Of a DNA stretch of 64,000 bases, positions 37,180 through 46,703 are shown piece after piece; position 1 is the stretch's first letter, and the number at the start of each line of letters is the position of its first letter. Source of the DNA: Candidatus Adamsella avium (GTDB taxonomy: Bacteria; Cyanobacteriota; Vampirovibrionia; Gastranaerophilales; CAJFVJ01); NCBI GenBank assembly GCA_904420445.1, contig CAJFVJ010000001.1, positions 193,266-257,265 of the forward strand, written 5' to 3'. Below the pieces are notes generated by a model. It ran no database searches, was not told the origin of the DNA, and saw only the letters and a list, made by a program, of their open reading frames with translations. The position numbers and the translations under genes were made by a program.

Positions 37180-38292
37180 GTGAACATACAGCCTGTAAAA
37201 ATTAGTTTTTCAACCAATCATACGTATAAAAATAATCTAAACCCACTATCTTCAAGTACATATCAAAATTTAAAACAGCCTGTTCAAGATACAATATCTT
37301 TTTCAGCTGCAGAAAGACCGCGAAACAGATTTAAAAAAGCACCTTTCATTTTATCAGGTGAAGTAGTGGAAGCTCACGAAAAATTCAAAACTGACAGTAA
37401 AAAAGAATACACCTTCGTTAATTCAACAATCAAAGCAAAAAAACGTGAAAAACTAACAGATGAACCATCTATGCCGGTAGAGGCAAGAATTATAAATGCT
37501 AAAAACTGTAATATAGAAAGAATTCTCAAAGCACCTGATATAAACTTGAAAAAAACAACAGCATCAGAAGTACATGCCGGCAACCTGACCATGTCAGATG
37601 GTTCAAACGTACCTACAGTCGAACTTCGCTCACAAACTATAGCGCATGCCAATATATCTGACAGCACTATTGGTTGTGTTGCTCTATTCACAAATGACCC
37701 GATAAAAAGCGGCAGACATCTTATTGATAATGAATTGATGACCAACAACTCAACAATCAACCACATAAGATACCCTGAAACCCGTCCGAGCCAAAACATT
37801 TTTTATATTACAAACAACAGCAAAATAGGTCCGATGGATTTCTACCAAATAAGACACCGACAAGTCCTTGATGCCTCTGACAGCTATATAGAAAAATTTA
37901 TTGACGCAAGAGTTCCATTTTCAAAAATAACTCTCCATAACACAAAAATAGATGAACTGAGGTGTAACCCGCAAAATCTTAAAATGTCAGGGAATAATGA
38001 ACTCGGTGATGTAACCTTCAGCTGTTTCTTTTATGAACCGGGTGATGACATTGAAGTTACCATTCCAAAAGGCACAAAAATAAATGGAGATATAGCTTTT
38101 GAACAAGTTGAAAATATCCCCGGCGCAAACTATATAATCAACGTTGAAGAAGGCGCTCAGCTTAATGGTAAAGTGTTTGTTCTTGCACAAAACCCGAAAT
38201 ATGAAGCAAAATATTTTGTTTCAAGCTCCAAACCCGTCGAAGATAAAACTGCAAATCTGATAATTAACAGAGATGTAAAACCAAAAAAATAA
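37180..38292 (+). CDS. Hypothetical protein with conserved N-terminal leader (MNIQPV...DTISFSA); body possibly beta-helical
   Basis: 370-aa ORF with a GTG start 6 nt after AAAGAGG; no TM or signal peptide. Short repeats of the type xINGDI / QLNGKV / ANISDSTIG suggest a beta-solenoid (weak). The leader is shared with the ORF at 57635. Confidence 0.65.
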   Translation: MNIQPVKISFSTNHTYKNNLNPLSSSTYQNLKQPVQDTISFSAAERPRNRFKKAPFILSGEVVEAHEKFKTDSKKEYTFVNSTIKAKKREKLTDEPSMPVEARIINAKNCNIERILKAPDINLKKTTASEVHAGNLTMSDGSNVPTVELRSQTIAHANISDSTIGCVALFTNDPIKSGRHLIDNELMTNNSTINHIRYPETRPSQNIFYITNNSKIGPMDFYQIRHRQVLDASDSYIEKFIDARVPFSKITLHNTKIDELRCNPQNLKMSGNNELGDVTFSCFFYEPGDDIEVTIPKGTKINGDIAFEQVENIPGANYIINVEEGAQLNGKVFVLAQNPKYEAKYFVSSSKPVEDKTANLIINRDVKPKK

Positions 38293-38479
38293 AAAGTTGT
38301 GCCCCTACAGGCTAAGGTTTTGATACCTGCTAAGTCAGCAGGTGGGTGTCCTCTCGAATAAATCGCCGTTTCCTAAAATGCCAAAACACTAGGTATACTT
38401 TGTTATTCTGAAGTCAGACTCCCTGTATAAAAAAATGTAGGATCAAAACGAATGAACCCGCAGAGGCAATATTATTTTC
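38293..38479. ncRNA. Candidate structured RNA in a convergent spacer (family and strand unknown)
   Basis: 187 bp between two convergent stops, clearly more GC-rich than other spacers. Contains a 7-bp hairpin 38325-38343 (ACCTGCT-aagtc-AGCAGGT), long-range GTTTTGAT 38317-24 / ATCAAAAC 38442-49, and GGGTGTC 38344-50 / GACTCCC 38417-23. Confidence 0.3.
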
Positions 38480-39835
38480 TCATATATTCGTTTTTTCGCC
38501 AACTTTTTCTATTTGTTGTTCACTTTTTTCTTTACATGTATAATCCTTTGGTATCACAAACCAAAATCTTGTAAGCTCGTTTGGAACAGACTCAAAATAT
38601 ATATTCCCTCTGTGCATCTCTATTATCTTCTTTGAAAGAGGAAGCCCTAACCCCGTTCCCTCTCTGGCTCCTGCATAAGATACAAATTTATTAAAAATAT
38701 TTCCTTTCTGCTCTTCTGATATGCCTACTCCATTATCAGCAACTTCAACATACACACTGTTCCCTAAATCTTTATTACTCAGAATAATTACACCGTTATT
38801 ATTTGAAAACTTTATTGAATTCGAAATGAGATTGTACATAACCTCCGTAAATCGTTTTTTATCAGCATTTATATAAATATTCTTCAAATCAAACTCTATA
38901 TTCAAATCTTTCTCTTTCGCCGTTTCATACAAAACGGACATAACTTCATATATCACGCTTTTAGAATTGAACCACTCATAAGTTAAATCCAAAACACCTG
39001 CTTCTATTTTAGATAAATCTAAAAATTCATTTATAAGCTTCACAAGAAATTCTCCGCTTACTAAAATATTATTTACATATTGTATTTGTTTCGGCGTAAA
39101 ATTTTCATTATCTCTGGAAGCCAGAATTTTTGAAAAACCTATAATCGAATTCAAAGGCGTACGCAGCTCATGAGATATGTTCATTAAAAATTCGTTCTTC
39201 ATTTCATCTCTTTTTTGAGCCTGCTTATACAAATTTTGGTCTTTATCATTCTTATGCTTCAACTCACTGAACAATTGCGCCTGAAAAACAGCTATCGACG
39301 TCTTATCACTGATATTTTGCAGCAAATCAAGCTGGCTGTTTATTATCTGCTTTGCTCCATAAACAGCAATCAGCCCTATAAACTTCCCCCGATAAACCAT
39401 AGGTGTTATCACAAAAGTTTTTATTTCAATGTTGCTGTTTATCTTCTCTACAAGACTTTTATCCGAAAAGAATTTTTCAACCGTATTATCAACAAATTGT
39501 TTTCCTGATTTCAGACTGTCAACAACATCCCCTGCAATCTGATTAAACCCGATAGAATCTATCTGGCAGCCTTTATAACCCTTGAAACCAACATCCAGAC
39601 TGTCTGCTTTTTCATTATATAAAAAGAGTCCTATTCCCTCTATATCTATCAGCGAGTTAATCTCAAAAAATATATTTTTCAAAACTCTGTCTAATAATAA
39701 AGAACTTCTGACTTTATTTGATATGGCATTGATTACTCTGTTTTTTTCCTGCTGTTCGAATATATTGTTTAAATATTGAACTATCTCTTCTTCTATCTCA
39801 TATAACGGCGCCGGTATTTCATTTAGTTTTTTCAA
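38480..39835 (-). CDS. GAF-domain sensor histidine kinase
   Basis: 451 aa; H-box SHELRTPLNSIIG, N-box LISNSIKFS, G-boxes DNGVGIS and EGTGLGLPLSKKI; no TM helices. Confidence 0.85.
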   Translation of the reverse strand: MKKLNEIPAPLYEIEEEIVQYLNNIFEQQEKNRVINAISNKVRSSLLLDRVLKNIFFEINSLIDIEGIGLFLYNEKADSLDVGFKGYKGCQIDSIGFNQIAGDVVDSLKSGKQFVDNTVEKFFSDKSLVEKINSNIEIKTFVITPMVYRGKFIGLIAVYGAKQIINSQLDLLQNISDKTSIAVFQAQLFSELKHKNDKDQNLYKQAQKRDEMKNEFLMNISHELRTPLNSIIGFSKILASRDNENFTPKQIQYVNNILVSGEFLVKLINEFLDLSKIEAGVLDLTYEWFNSKSVIYEVMSVLYETAKEKDLNIEFDLKNIYINADKKRFTEVMYNLISNSIKFSNNNGVIILSNKDLGNSVYVEVADNGVGISEEQKGNIFNKFVSYAGAREGTGLGLPLSKKIIEMHRGNIYFESVPNELTRFWFVIPKDYTCKEKSEQQIEKVGEKTNI

Positions 39836-40012
39836 TTTTTTCTCGCCTGCCCAAATAAAAATTGAAAGATATATTTATACATCTCTTCTCTGCCAAAATC
39901 TTTGCCGATATTACAAATTGAATTTATATATAATAATTTTACACTTATTTCTTTAATTTGTAAAACATTTACTATATAATTTTTTAAAATACAGTCTGGA
40001 GAATTATCCAAA

Positions 40013-40582
40013 ATGCAAAAAACATCAGGAAAGTTATTCGTAATATCAGGACCTTCAGGGGTTGGGAAAGGTACTATCATTCACAAACTCCTTGAAAAAA
40101 ATCCAAACATAAAACTTTCAATCTCTGCAACCACACGTGCTCCTCGACCTCATGAAACAGATGGTGTCGACTACTATTTTATTTCCAAAGATAACTTTAC
40201 CAAATTAATCAAAGAAGATAAACTAGCCGAGTGGGCAGAATTTTCGGGTAATTATTACGGGACATATTACGAAACAATTAATAATACTCTTCAAAACGGT
40301 TATGATTTGATTTTGGAAATCGAAGTCAAAGGCGCCATGCAAATCAAAAATAAAATTCCATCAGCCGTTTTAATTTTCATCCTTCCGCCATCATTTGATG
40401 AACTCCAAAAACGCCTCATCGAAAGAAATACAGAAAAAACAGAAGAAATAAAAAAACGACTCGCCATATTCGAAGATGAATATGCCAAATCATTCGAATT
40501 TAATTACAAAATTACAAATGACAACCTTGATGAAGCAACAGAAGAGCTTCAAAAAATTATTTCTCGGGAGAAACAAAATTAA
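40013..40582 (+). CDS. gmk: Guanylate kinase
   Basis: 189 aa; SGPSGVGKGT P-loop, ATTRAPRPHETDGVDYYF. Confidence 0.95.
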   Translation: MQKTSGKLFVISGPSGVGKGTIIHKLLEKNPNIKLSISATTRAPRPHETDGVDYYFISKDNFTKLIKEDKLAEWAEFSGNYYGTYYETINNTLQNGYDLILEIEVKGAMQIKNKIPSAVLIFILPPSFDELQKRLIERNTEKTEEIKKRLAIFEDEYAKSFEFNYKITNDNLDEATEELQKIISREKQN

Positions 40583-41766
40583 TGCTCAAAAATAAAAAAA
40601 TATTAATCGGGATAACAGGCGGCATAGCTGCCTACAAAGTATGCTCTTTGATTAGAGAACTTAAAAAGCTGAATGCTGATGTAAAAACAATCTTAACCCC
40701 GAATGCAAAAAATTTTGTTACGGAAACAACTCTCATGACACTCTCGCAAAATCCTGTCTACAGCGATGAATTTTCTTCACAAAACTGGCGACCCGAACAT
40801 ATCTCGCTGAGCGAAGCTGATTTATTCATCATAGCGCCCGCCTCTGCAAATACCACAGGAAAAATTGCCAACGGCATCTGTGATAACCTGCTGACATCAA
40901 CTGCGGCAGCTTTCTCAAACCCCATAATCATAGCCCCGGCAATGAACTGCAACATGTGGAATAACCCTCTGATACAAAAAAACATTGAAACTCTGAAATC
41001 ACAAAATAACATAACCGTAATACCCCCTTCTTCAGGATATCTTGCCTGCGGATATGATGGCGACGGCAGAATGGCTGAGCCTGAAGATATTAAAAACACT
41101 GCCATATCAATACTCACCGAAGATAAATTCTTAAACGGAAAAAAAATTATCATAACAGCAGGCGGCACAAAAGAACAAATTGACCCTGTGAGATACATCG
41201 GCAACCATAGCTCTGGGAAAATGGGGATGGCTATAGCTGATGCTGCTTGCAGGCATGGCGCTGAGGTTACATTGATTGCGACATATGAAACCAAAAAGCC
41301 CTACAAAACAATAGTCGCAACTTCAACACAGGATATGCTCTCAGAAGTTAAACAAGCTTTTATCAATGCTGATGCACTAATTATGGCAGCTGCCCCTGCC
41401 GATTTTCGAGCAGAACAAATAAACGAACAAAAAATAAAAAAAGAAAATACTGACGGACTAACACTGAAACTCATCAAAAATCCGGATATCCTTCAAGAAA
41501 TATCAAATATCAAAAAAAATAACCAGCTTGTTATCGGATTTTGTGCAGAAAGTGAAAATCTTGTCGAAAATGCCAAAAAGAAAATAAACTCCAAAAATCT
41601 TGATTTCATTGTTGCAAATGACATTTCATCAAAAGAAATCGGCTTCAACAGCGACTTCAACGAAGTAAAAATTATAGATAAATCAAACAACATCAAATTT
41701 CTTCAAAAAGATACCAAAATTAATATAGCGGAAAAAATACTCGAGGAAATATTCAAAAATGCTTGA
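40582..41766 (+). CDS. coaBC: Bifunctional phosphopantothenoylcysteine decarboxylase / phosphopantothenate-cysteine ligase
   Basis: 394 aa; GITGGIAAYK flavoprotein N-domain, PAMN, ITAGGT and NHSSGKMG in the CoaB domain. Confidence 0.95.
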   Translation: MLKNKKILIGITGGIAAYKVCSLIRELKKLNADVKTILTPNAKNFVTETTLMTLSQNPVYSDEFSSQNWRPEHISLSEADLFIIAPASANTTGKIANGICDNLLTSTAAAFSNPIIIAPAMNCNMWNNPLIQKNIETLKSQNNITVIPPSSGYLACGYDGDGRMAEPEDIKNTAISILTEDKFLNGKKIIITAGGTKEQIDPVRYIGNHSSGKMGMAIADAACRHGAEVTLIATYETKKPYKTIVATSTQDMLSEVKQAFINADALIMAAAPADFRAEQINEQKIKKENTDGLTLKLIKNPDILQEISNIKKNNQLVIGFCAESENLVENAKKKINSKNLDFIVANDISSKEIGFNSDFNEVKIIDKSNNIKFLQKDTKINIAEKILEEIFKNA

Positions 41767-42502
41767 AACAAAAGAAATAATCAAACTTATCGAAGACTTT
41801 GCCCCCCCGGAGCTGGCAGAAGACTGGGATAACTCCGGATGGCAAATCAACCTCGGAATAGAGCATACAAAAAAAATATGCTTTGCCCTATCTCCTTCTT
41901 TAGAGGTAGTAAAACAGGCAGCACAGGAAGGATGTGACCTCATTGTATCCCATCACCCTCTGTTCTTCGAAAAAATAAACAAATTTTCAACAGAAAACAT
42001 AACCTGTCAAATTGCCCGAATTGCAATTCAAAATAATATACAAATTTATTCAGCACATACAAACATGGATAAAGCTCCCGAAGGGCTTAACCATGAGCTT
42101 GCAAAACGGCTGGGTTTAAAAAATTTATTTCAAATAAATGATTTCGTTATACAGGGTTTCACCCAAAGAGAATACACTCTGGAGGAGTTTATAAAATACA
42201 TAAAACAACAACTCGGCTGCGAAACAATAAAAATAATCAATCCTCAAAATAAAAACGTTATAAACTCCGTATCACTGTGTACAGGCTCAGGAAGCGAATT
42301 TTCAAACTCGGCAGACACGGATATTTTCATCACAGGAGATGTAAAATTTCATAGCGCACTTGATGCAAACAACAAAATTATCCTAGATATAGGACATTTT
42401 GAATCAGAAAAATTTGTCGTTGATTTATTTGAAAAAATATTTAAAAATAAAGATATACAAATTTTTATAGCAAAAGAAAAAAGCCCATGGCTTACTGTAT
42501 AA
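41759..42502 (+). CDS. Nif3-family dinuclear metal center protein (YbgI/GTP cyclohydrolase 1 type 2 homolog)
   Basis: 247 aa; DWDNSGWQ, VSHHPLFF, AHTNMD, GHFESE motifs. Confidence 0.85.
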   Translation: MLETKEIIKLIEDFAPPELAEDWDNSGWQINLGIEHTKKICFALSPSLEVVKQAAQEGCDLIVSHHPLFFEKINKFSTENITCQIARIAIQNNIQIYSAHTNMDKAPEGLNHELAKRLGLKNLFQINDFVIQGFTQREYTLEEFIKYIKQQLGCETIKIINPQNKNVINSVSLCTGSGSEFSNSADTDIFITGDVKFHSALDANNKIILDIGHFESEKFVVDLFEKIFKNKDIQIFIAKEKSPWLTV

Positions 42503-42522
42503 CATTTAAAAAGGTGTGAAGT

Positions 42523-43302
42523 ATGAAAAAAGGTTTTACATTAATAGAAGTACTCATAGTTCTTGCAATACTCGGAATTATCTCAGCATTTCTCATAAAT
42601 GCTATTTCAAAAGCCGGATTGAAAGAACAGGAAAGAAACAAATTTTTACTGCGTAAAGCATACGTAAGCCTTACGCAAAACGCAGCAAATATTCTCTCAA
42701 ACAGGCAGAATTATCCAAAAGGATTGCTTGCACAGTGCCGTGCAACAAATGTTGATGAGAACAGACAAATCAACTTCTGCGATGAATTTGTTTCAACCAT
42801 CAACACTATCGGCGATCTCCCGGAAAAAGTCTGTAACAATGAAACTATACCGACATATCAAGAAGGGAAACATCTTGATGATACTTACTATTCAGAAGAC
42901 TACCCAAGAATTATATCAGCGGACAGAATGGTATGGTGGGGACTCGGAGGTAAGTCAACATCATGTGAACCGGCAAATGACTCACAGCTTGAAAACAAAT
43001 TATGTGACGGTTCTTTTGGCACCATAACTGACCCGGATGCCTGCAAAACAATAATTGTCGATGTCAACGGAACAGACCTCCAGCGGCTTAACAGCGGGCA
43101 AACAGTTGATAAAAGTAAAAATATATTCGGACTTGATATCTTCAGATTCAGATTATGCAACAACGGTAGAGTTGAACTTATTGGAACAGATAAACTATAC
43201 AGTCCGTACAAAAGCAGACAAACCAAAAAAGAGATAACAACGGCAGAAGACTTACTTCGTGACGCAAACCCGACACGTGTCAGAAATAACAGAACAAAAT
43301 AG
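42523..43302 (+). CDS. Type IV pilin-like / pseudopilin protein (prepilin N-terminal cleavage-methylation domain)
   Basis: 259 aa; class III signal MKKG|FTLIEVLIVLAILGIISAF with Glu+5; Cys-rich variable globular region. Confidence 0.8.
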   Translation: MKKGFTLIEVLIVLAILGIISAFLINAISKAGLKEQERNKFLLRKAYVSLTQNAANILSNRQNYPKGLLAQCRATNVDENRQINFCDEFVSTINTIGDLPEKVCNNETIPTYQEGKHLDDTYYSEDYPRIISADRMVWWGLGGKSTSCEPANDSQLENKLCDGSFGTITDPDACKTIIVDVNGTDLQRLNSGQTVDKSKNIFGLDIFRFRLCNNGRVELIGTDKLYSPYKSRQTKKEITTAEDLLRDANPTRVRNNRTK

Positions 43303-43305
43303 TTT

Positions 43306-45150
43306 CTAATCAGCTTTTTGAAAATCAACGGTAGGCAATGTGAAATAAAAAACAGTTCCCTTGCCTGCCGTTGATTCTACACGTATATTTCCATGGTGCG
43401 CTTCGATTATCTGCTTTGCAATAAACAACCCTAAACCATTCCCTACTTCACGCTTTTTTGTATAATAACGGGTAAAAATATGTTTGATATCCTCAGGGCT
43501 AATCCCTGGGCCGTTATCTCTAACCGAAATCTCAAGTTCGTCAGTTTTTTCTTCAATACCAACAACTATCTTCACGCCTTCGCCGCAATGTTTTATGGCA
43601 TTTGATATCAAATTCGAAAAAATTCTCTTTATCTCCCTTCTGTCAACATAAACATCAGCCACATGCTTCGGCGCATTAACAGAAAATCTGCACTTCTTCT
43701 CCGCACACAAATACTTCCACATCTGTATCGATTCAGCTATAAGCTTTTTTATATCCGTCTTCTCGATAAAAAGCTTATACTCAAAATTTTCATAGTGATA
43801 AACAGATAACAAATCATTTATCATTTTGATTAATTCAGTGTTCATCTTCTGAATTTCAACCAGCTGGTTTATAAATGAAACATCCCCGTTATTGTCTATA
43901 ATCATCTCAAGAGCCTTCTGCTCGGCAAGCAAAGGAGCTTTTAAATCATGAGTAAGAGAAAGCACAAAATTATTTTTTGTTTCCTCTAGCGCCAATCTCT
44001 TTTTCAAATCAGAATATGCAAGCGATACAGTATCATAAATCAAACTTATCCAATATAGTTCATCAGAAGTCCATACCCTCTTTTTATTCGTATATATAAG
44101 AAGAAATCCCTCCTCCTCATATTTTTTCAATAATTCATAATTCCCTATATTCGGATAAAAAACTATTGAGTTTATCCCGCTGCCAACAAGAACCTGCTTT
44201 ATATTCCATGTCATAATATCTCTTTGCACATCGTTGATGAATAAAAATTTTTCTTTTGAAACATCTATCAACGGCTGCTGGAACTTGCCCTTACGGGGAA
44301 ACTTGTTATAGTCAAAAGGCGCTCTGCTTATAACATTCTTCAGCTCATAGTTCTCATCACCTCTAACTGTTAACCTTAGCACACCATCAACATCAAATGA
44401 ATCAAGAATATATTTCATCGCAATATCAAATATCCCATCAGGCTCGCTTAATGTTTGAACTTGACTCAAAATATCTTTTATATCAGCTTCTATTTCAAGA
44501 GTCTTTTTATACCTGTCATTCAGCCGGAATAAACTGAGAGCAACAGATATTCTCGGAAGCAAAGAAAAAATATTCTCTCTGAACAAATCATCATTCTCAA
44601 AACATTCTTCTCCTGCAAGAAAAATCAGAGCTATCGGCTGTTGATGATAAGACACTGGAATAAACACAGCTCTCTTAGCTTTGAGAGAATACAACTTCTG
44701 TAAAACTGATACACTACCGACACCTTCTCTTATATCATCAATCATCAGTATCTTATTTTTTGCAAATACTTCCCTTTTCAGATACATCTCCATCTTCTCC
44801 CCAAAAGGCTTTGAAAGCTCATTGATACAGCCTGGGGTTCCGCTTTTGCAATAAACACTCCCTATATCCATAAAAATACCTGAATTTGCATCAAAAAATT
44901 TTATAATCCCGGATTGAAAATACATCCTTTTGCACAAATTTCTGAGCAAAATATCTGAAGCTTCTTTGAGATTGTCAACAAAAAGCATTGTATTTAAAAT
45001 CTCAAGTACCTCAATCCTTCCTTTATACTTTTTCAAAAGGCAATCAAACAGCTCCATCTGCCTCAGCATTATTTTGGACAAACTGACCGAAGAATAAGCA
45101 AGCTCTTTACTGTTGCAGATTTTTTGATTTTCTATGTCATCAAAATTCAT
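43306..45150 (-). CDS. Cytoplasmic GAF-type sensor histidine kinase
   Basis: 614 aa; H-box THDLKAPL, N-box LISNAIKHC, G-boxes DNGPGIS and GNGLGLFIAKQI; two GAF-like regions, no TM. Confidence 0.85.
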   Translation of the reverse strand: MNFDDIENQKICNSKELAYSSVSLSKIMLRQMELFDCLLKKYKGRIEVLEILNTMLFVDNLKEASDILLRNLCKRMYFQSGIIKFFDANSGIFMDIGSVYCKSGTPGCINELSKPFGEKMEMYLKREVFAKNKILMIDDIREGVGSVSVLQKLYSLKAKRAVFIPVSYHQQPIALIFLAGEECFENDDLFRENIFSLLPRISVALSLFRLNDRYKKTLEIEADIKDILSQVQTLSEPDGIFDIAMKYILDSFDVDGVLRLTVRGDENYELKNVISRAPFDYNKFPRKGKFQQPLIDVSKEKFLFINDVQRDIMTWNIKQVLVGSGINSIVFYPNIGNYELLKKYEEEGFLLIYTNKKRVWTSDELYWISLIYDTVSLAYSDLKKRLALEETKNNFVLSLTHDLKAPLLAEQKALEMIIDNNGDVSFINQLVEIQKMNTELIKMINDLLSVYHYENFEYKLFIEKTDIKKLIAESIQMWKYLCAEKKCRFSVNAPKHVADVYVDRREIKRIFSNLISNAIKHCGEGVKIVVGIEEKTDELEISVRDNGPGISPEDIKHIFTRYYTKKREVGNGLGLFIAKQIIEAHHGNIRVESTAGKGTVFYFTLPTVDFQKAD

Positions 45151-45208
45151 AATTTTATACTCTCTGAGAATATAAAATTATGCCAAATAAATAAAATTAA
45201 AAATTAAC

Positions 45209-46009
45209 CTACGGGAGATTCTTTATTACCTCTCGAATTAAGCCTAAAAAATTATCTTTTATCCTATCAGCAGTATCAATAACTTCCTGATGGTCAAGTT
45301 TCCCGCTGAGAATACCTGATGCCATATTTGTAATACATGAAATACCCAAAACTTTTATCCCGCAATGATTTGCAACAATTACCTCCGGTACTGTTGACAT
45401 ACCGCTTGCATCAGCACCCAAAATACGTATCATCCTTGTTTCTGCAGGAGTTTCATAAGAAGGACCGCTGCTGCCCGCATAAACTCCTTCTTTTACTTTT
45501 ATCCCGAGTTCATCGGCAATACCATGGACAAGCCTTATTAACTCCCTGCTATACGCCTCGCTCATATCAGGGAAACGAGGTCCAAACTCATCAATATTTT
45601 TTCCTATCAAAGGATTTGTCCCAAAAAGATTTATATGGTCACGGATTATCATCAAATCACCGGGGGAATAATCAAGATTAACTCCTCCCGCAGCATTTGT
45701 AACAATAAGCGTCTTTACTCCGAGAAGCTTCATAACCCTCACAGGCAAAACAACCTGCTCGATAGAATATCCCTCATAATAATGAAAACGTCCCTGCATT
45801 GCTACAACACTTTTCCCGCCGTAACTGCCTATCACAAGCTGGGAGGCATGCCCGCTTACTGAGGAAGCTCCAAACGACGGTATTTCAGAATAAGGTATCC
45901 TCACTCCTTCTATTTCATCAGCAAACGCCCCGAGACCTGAACCGAGAATAATACCTACTTCTGGAACAATATCTGTTTTTGAACGAATAAAATTAAACGC
46001 TTCGTACAC
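45209..46009 (-). CDS. punA: Purine nucleoside phosphorylase (PunA/PNP-I family)
   Basis: 266 aa; GIILGSGLG, SVSGHASQLV, GRFHYYEGY, TNAAGG, MSTVPE motifs. Confidence 0.9.
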   Translation of the reverse strand: MYEAFNFIRSKTDIVPEVGIILGSGLGAFADEIEGVRIPYSEIPSFGASSVSGHASQLVIGSYGGKSVVAMQGRFHYYEGYSIEQVVLPVRVMKLLGVKTLIVTNAAGGVNLDYSPGDLMIIRDHINLFGTNPLIGKNIDEFGPRFPDMSEAYSRELIRLVHGIADELGIKVKEGVYAGSSGPSYETPAETRMIRILGADASGMSTVPEVIVANHCGIKVLGISCITNMASGILSGKLDHQEVIDTADRIKDNFLGLIREVIKNLP

Positions 46010-46085
46010 TCAAAACTCCTGTTTCCTACATCATTGATTATTATAATACTAAATATCCCAAAATAATCAATTCAAACATAAAACT

Positions 46086-46703
46086 CTAAGGTACGTACGA
46101 AGAATAAATTAACCCTGCGCCATATTCATAATAGTTAATCTGTGTTGCAGACCCGGTTCTTATGATTACTCTTGACTGATTTTTCGGAGGAATATCAAGA
46201 GCATTTGCTATCGCAGCCTGAATTACACCGGCATGGGTGACAACAGCCAGAATTTTATATTTATTGTTATCAATTATCTCGCCTATTGTCTTTTTCACTC
46301 TGGCATTCAGCTCTTTTGTTGATTCTCCGCCTTCAGGCCAAAATTCAAAAGGATTTTGATGATACTGCTCAAGCTCCTGAGGATATTGTTCTTCTATCTG
46401 GTCAAATGTCAGCCCGCCCCAAAGACCGGCTTTTCTCTCATAGAGATTATCAAGTATCTCAAAGCCTGTTTTATAAGATTTTGCAATTAGCCTTGCACTC
46501 TGAATTGCCCTTAAAGCCGAGCTTGTATAAATACAATCAATCTTTGGAGTTGTATTTTTCAACCATTCGGTAAGTGTTTCTATTTCGTATTTTCCGGCTT
46601 CGTTCAGCGGAGGATACTCTTCGCTGTCAAAAAGTCTGTTTTCTTCATTATAAATCGTCGATCCATGTCTTATGAAAATAATCTTGCATAATCTGTTAAA
46701 CAT
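46086..46703 (-). CDS. Histidine phosphatase family protein (phosphoglycerate mutase / CobC-like)
   Basis: 205 aa; RHG motif (IFIRHGSTIYN), downstream catalytic His in VVTHAGV. Confidence 0.8.
   Translation of the reverse strand: MFNRLCKIIFIRHGSTIYNEENRLFDSEEYPPLNEAGKYEIETLTEWLKNTTPKIDCIYTSSALRAIQSARLIAKSYKTGFEILDNLYERKAGLWGGLTFDQIEEQYPQELEQYHQNPFEFWPEGGESTKELNARVKKTIGEIIDNNKYKILAVVTHAGVIQAAIANALDIPPKNQSRVIIRTGSATQINYYEYGAGLIYSSYVP

Noticed and set aside
38293-38479. Identification of the structured spacer as SRP RNA, tmRNA, RNase P RNA or 6S RNA
   Set aside because: I could not find the SRP helix-8 GGAA/AGCA signature, a tmRNA tRNA-like end (GGTTCGA...CCA), or the RNase P GGAAAGTCCGG motif. 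A 6S identity cannot be judged without covariance models, so it is kept only as an unclassified candidate.
39904-39911. Perfect GCCGATAT (SigD -10) upstream of gmk
   Set aside because: There is no TAAA -35 element at the required 15-nt spacing, and gmk has no flagellar link.
39832-40080. 82-aa minus-strand ORF upstream of the kinase, overlapping the gmk start
   Set aside because: It overlaps the well-supported gmk start and promoter region on the opposite strand, has no RBS and an odd composition. It is most likely a chance ORF in an AT-rich spacer.
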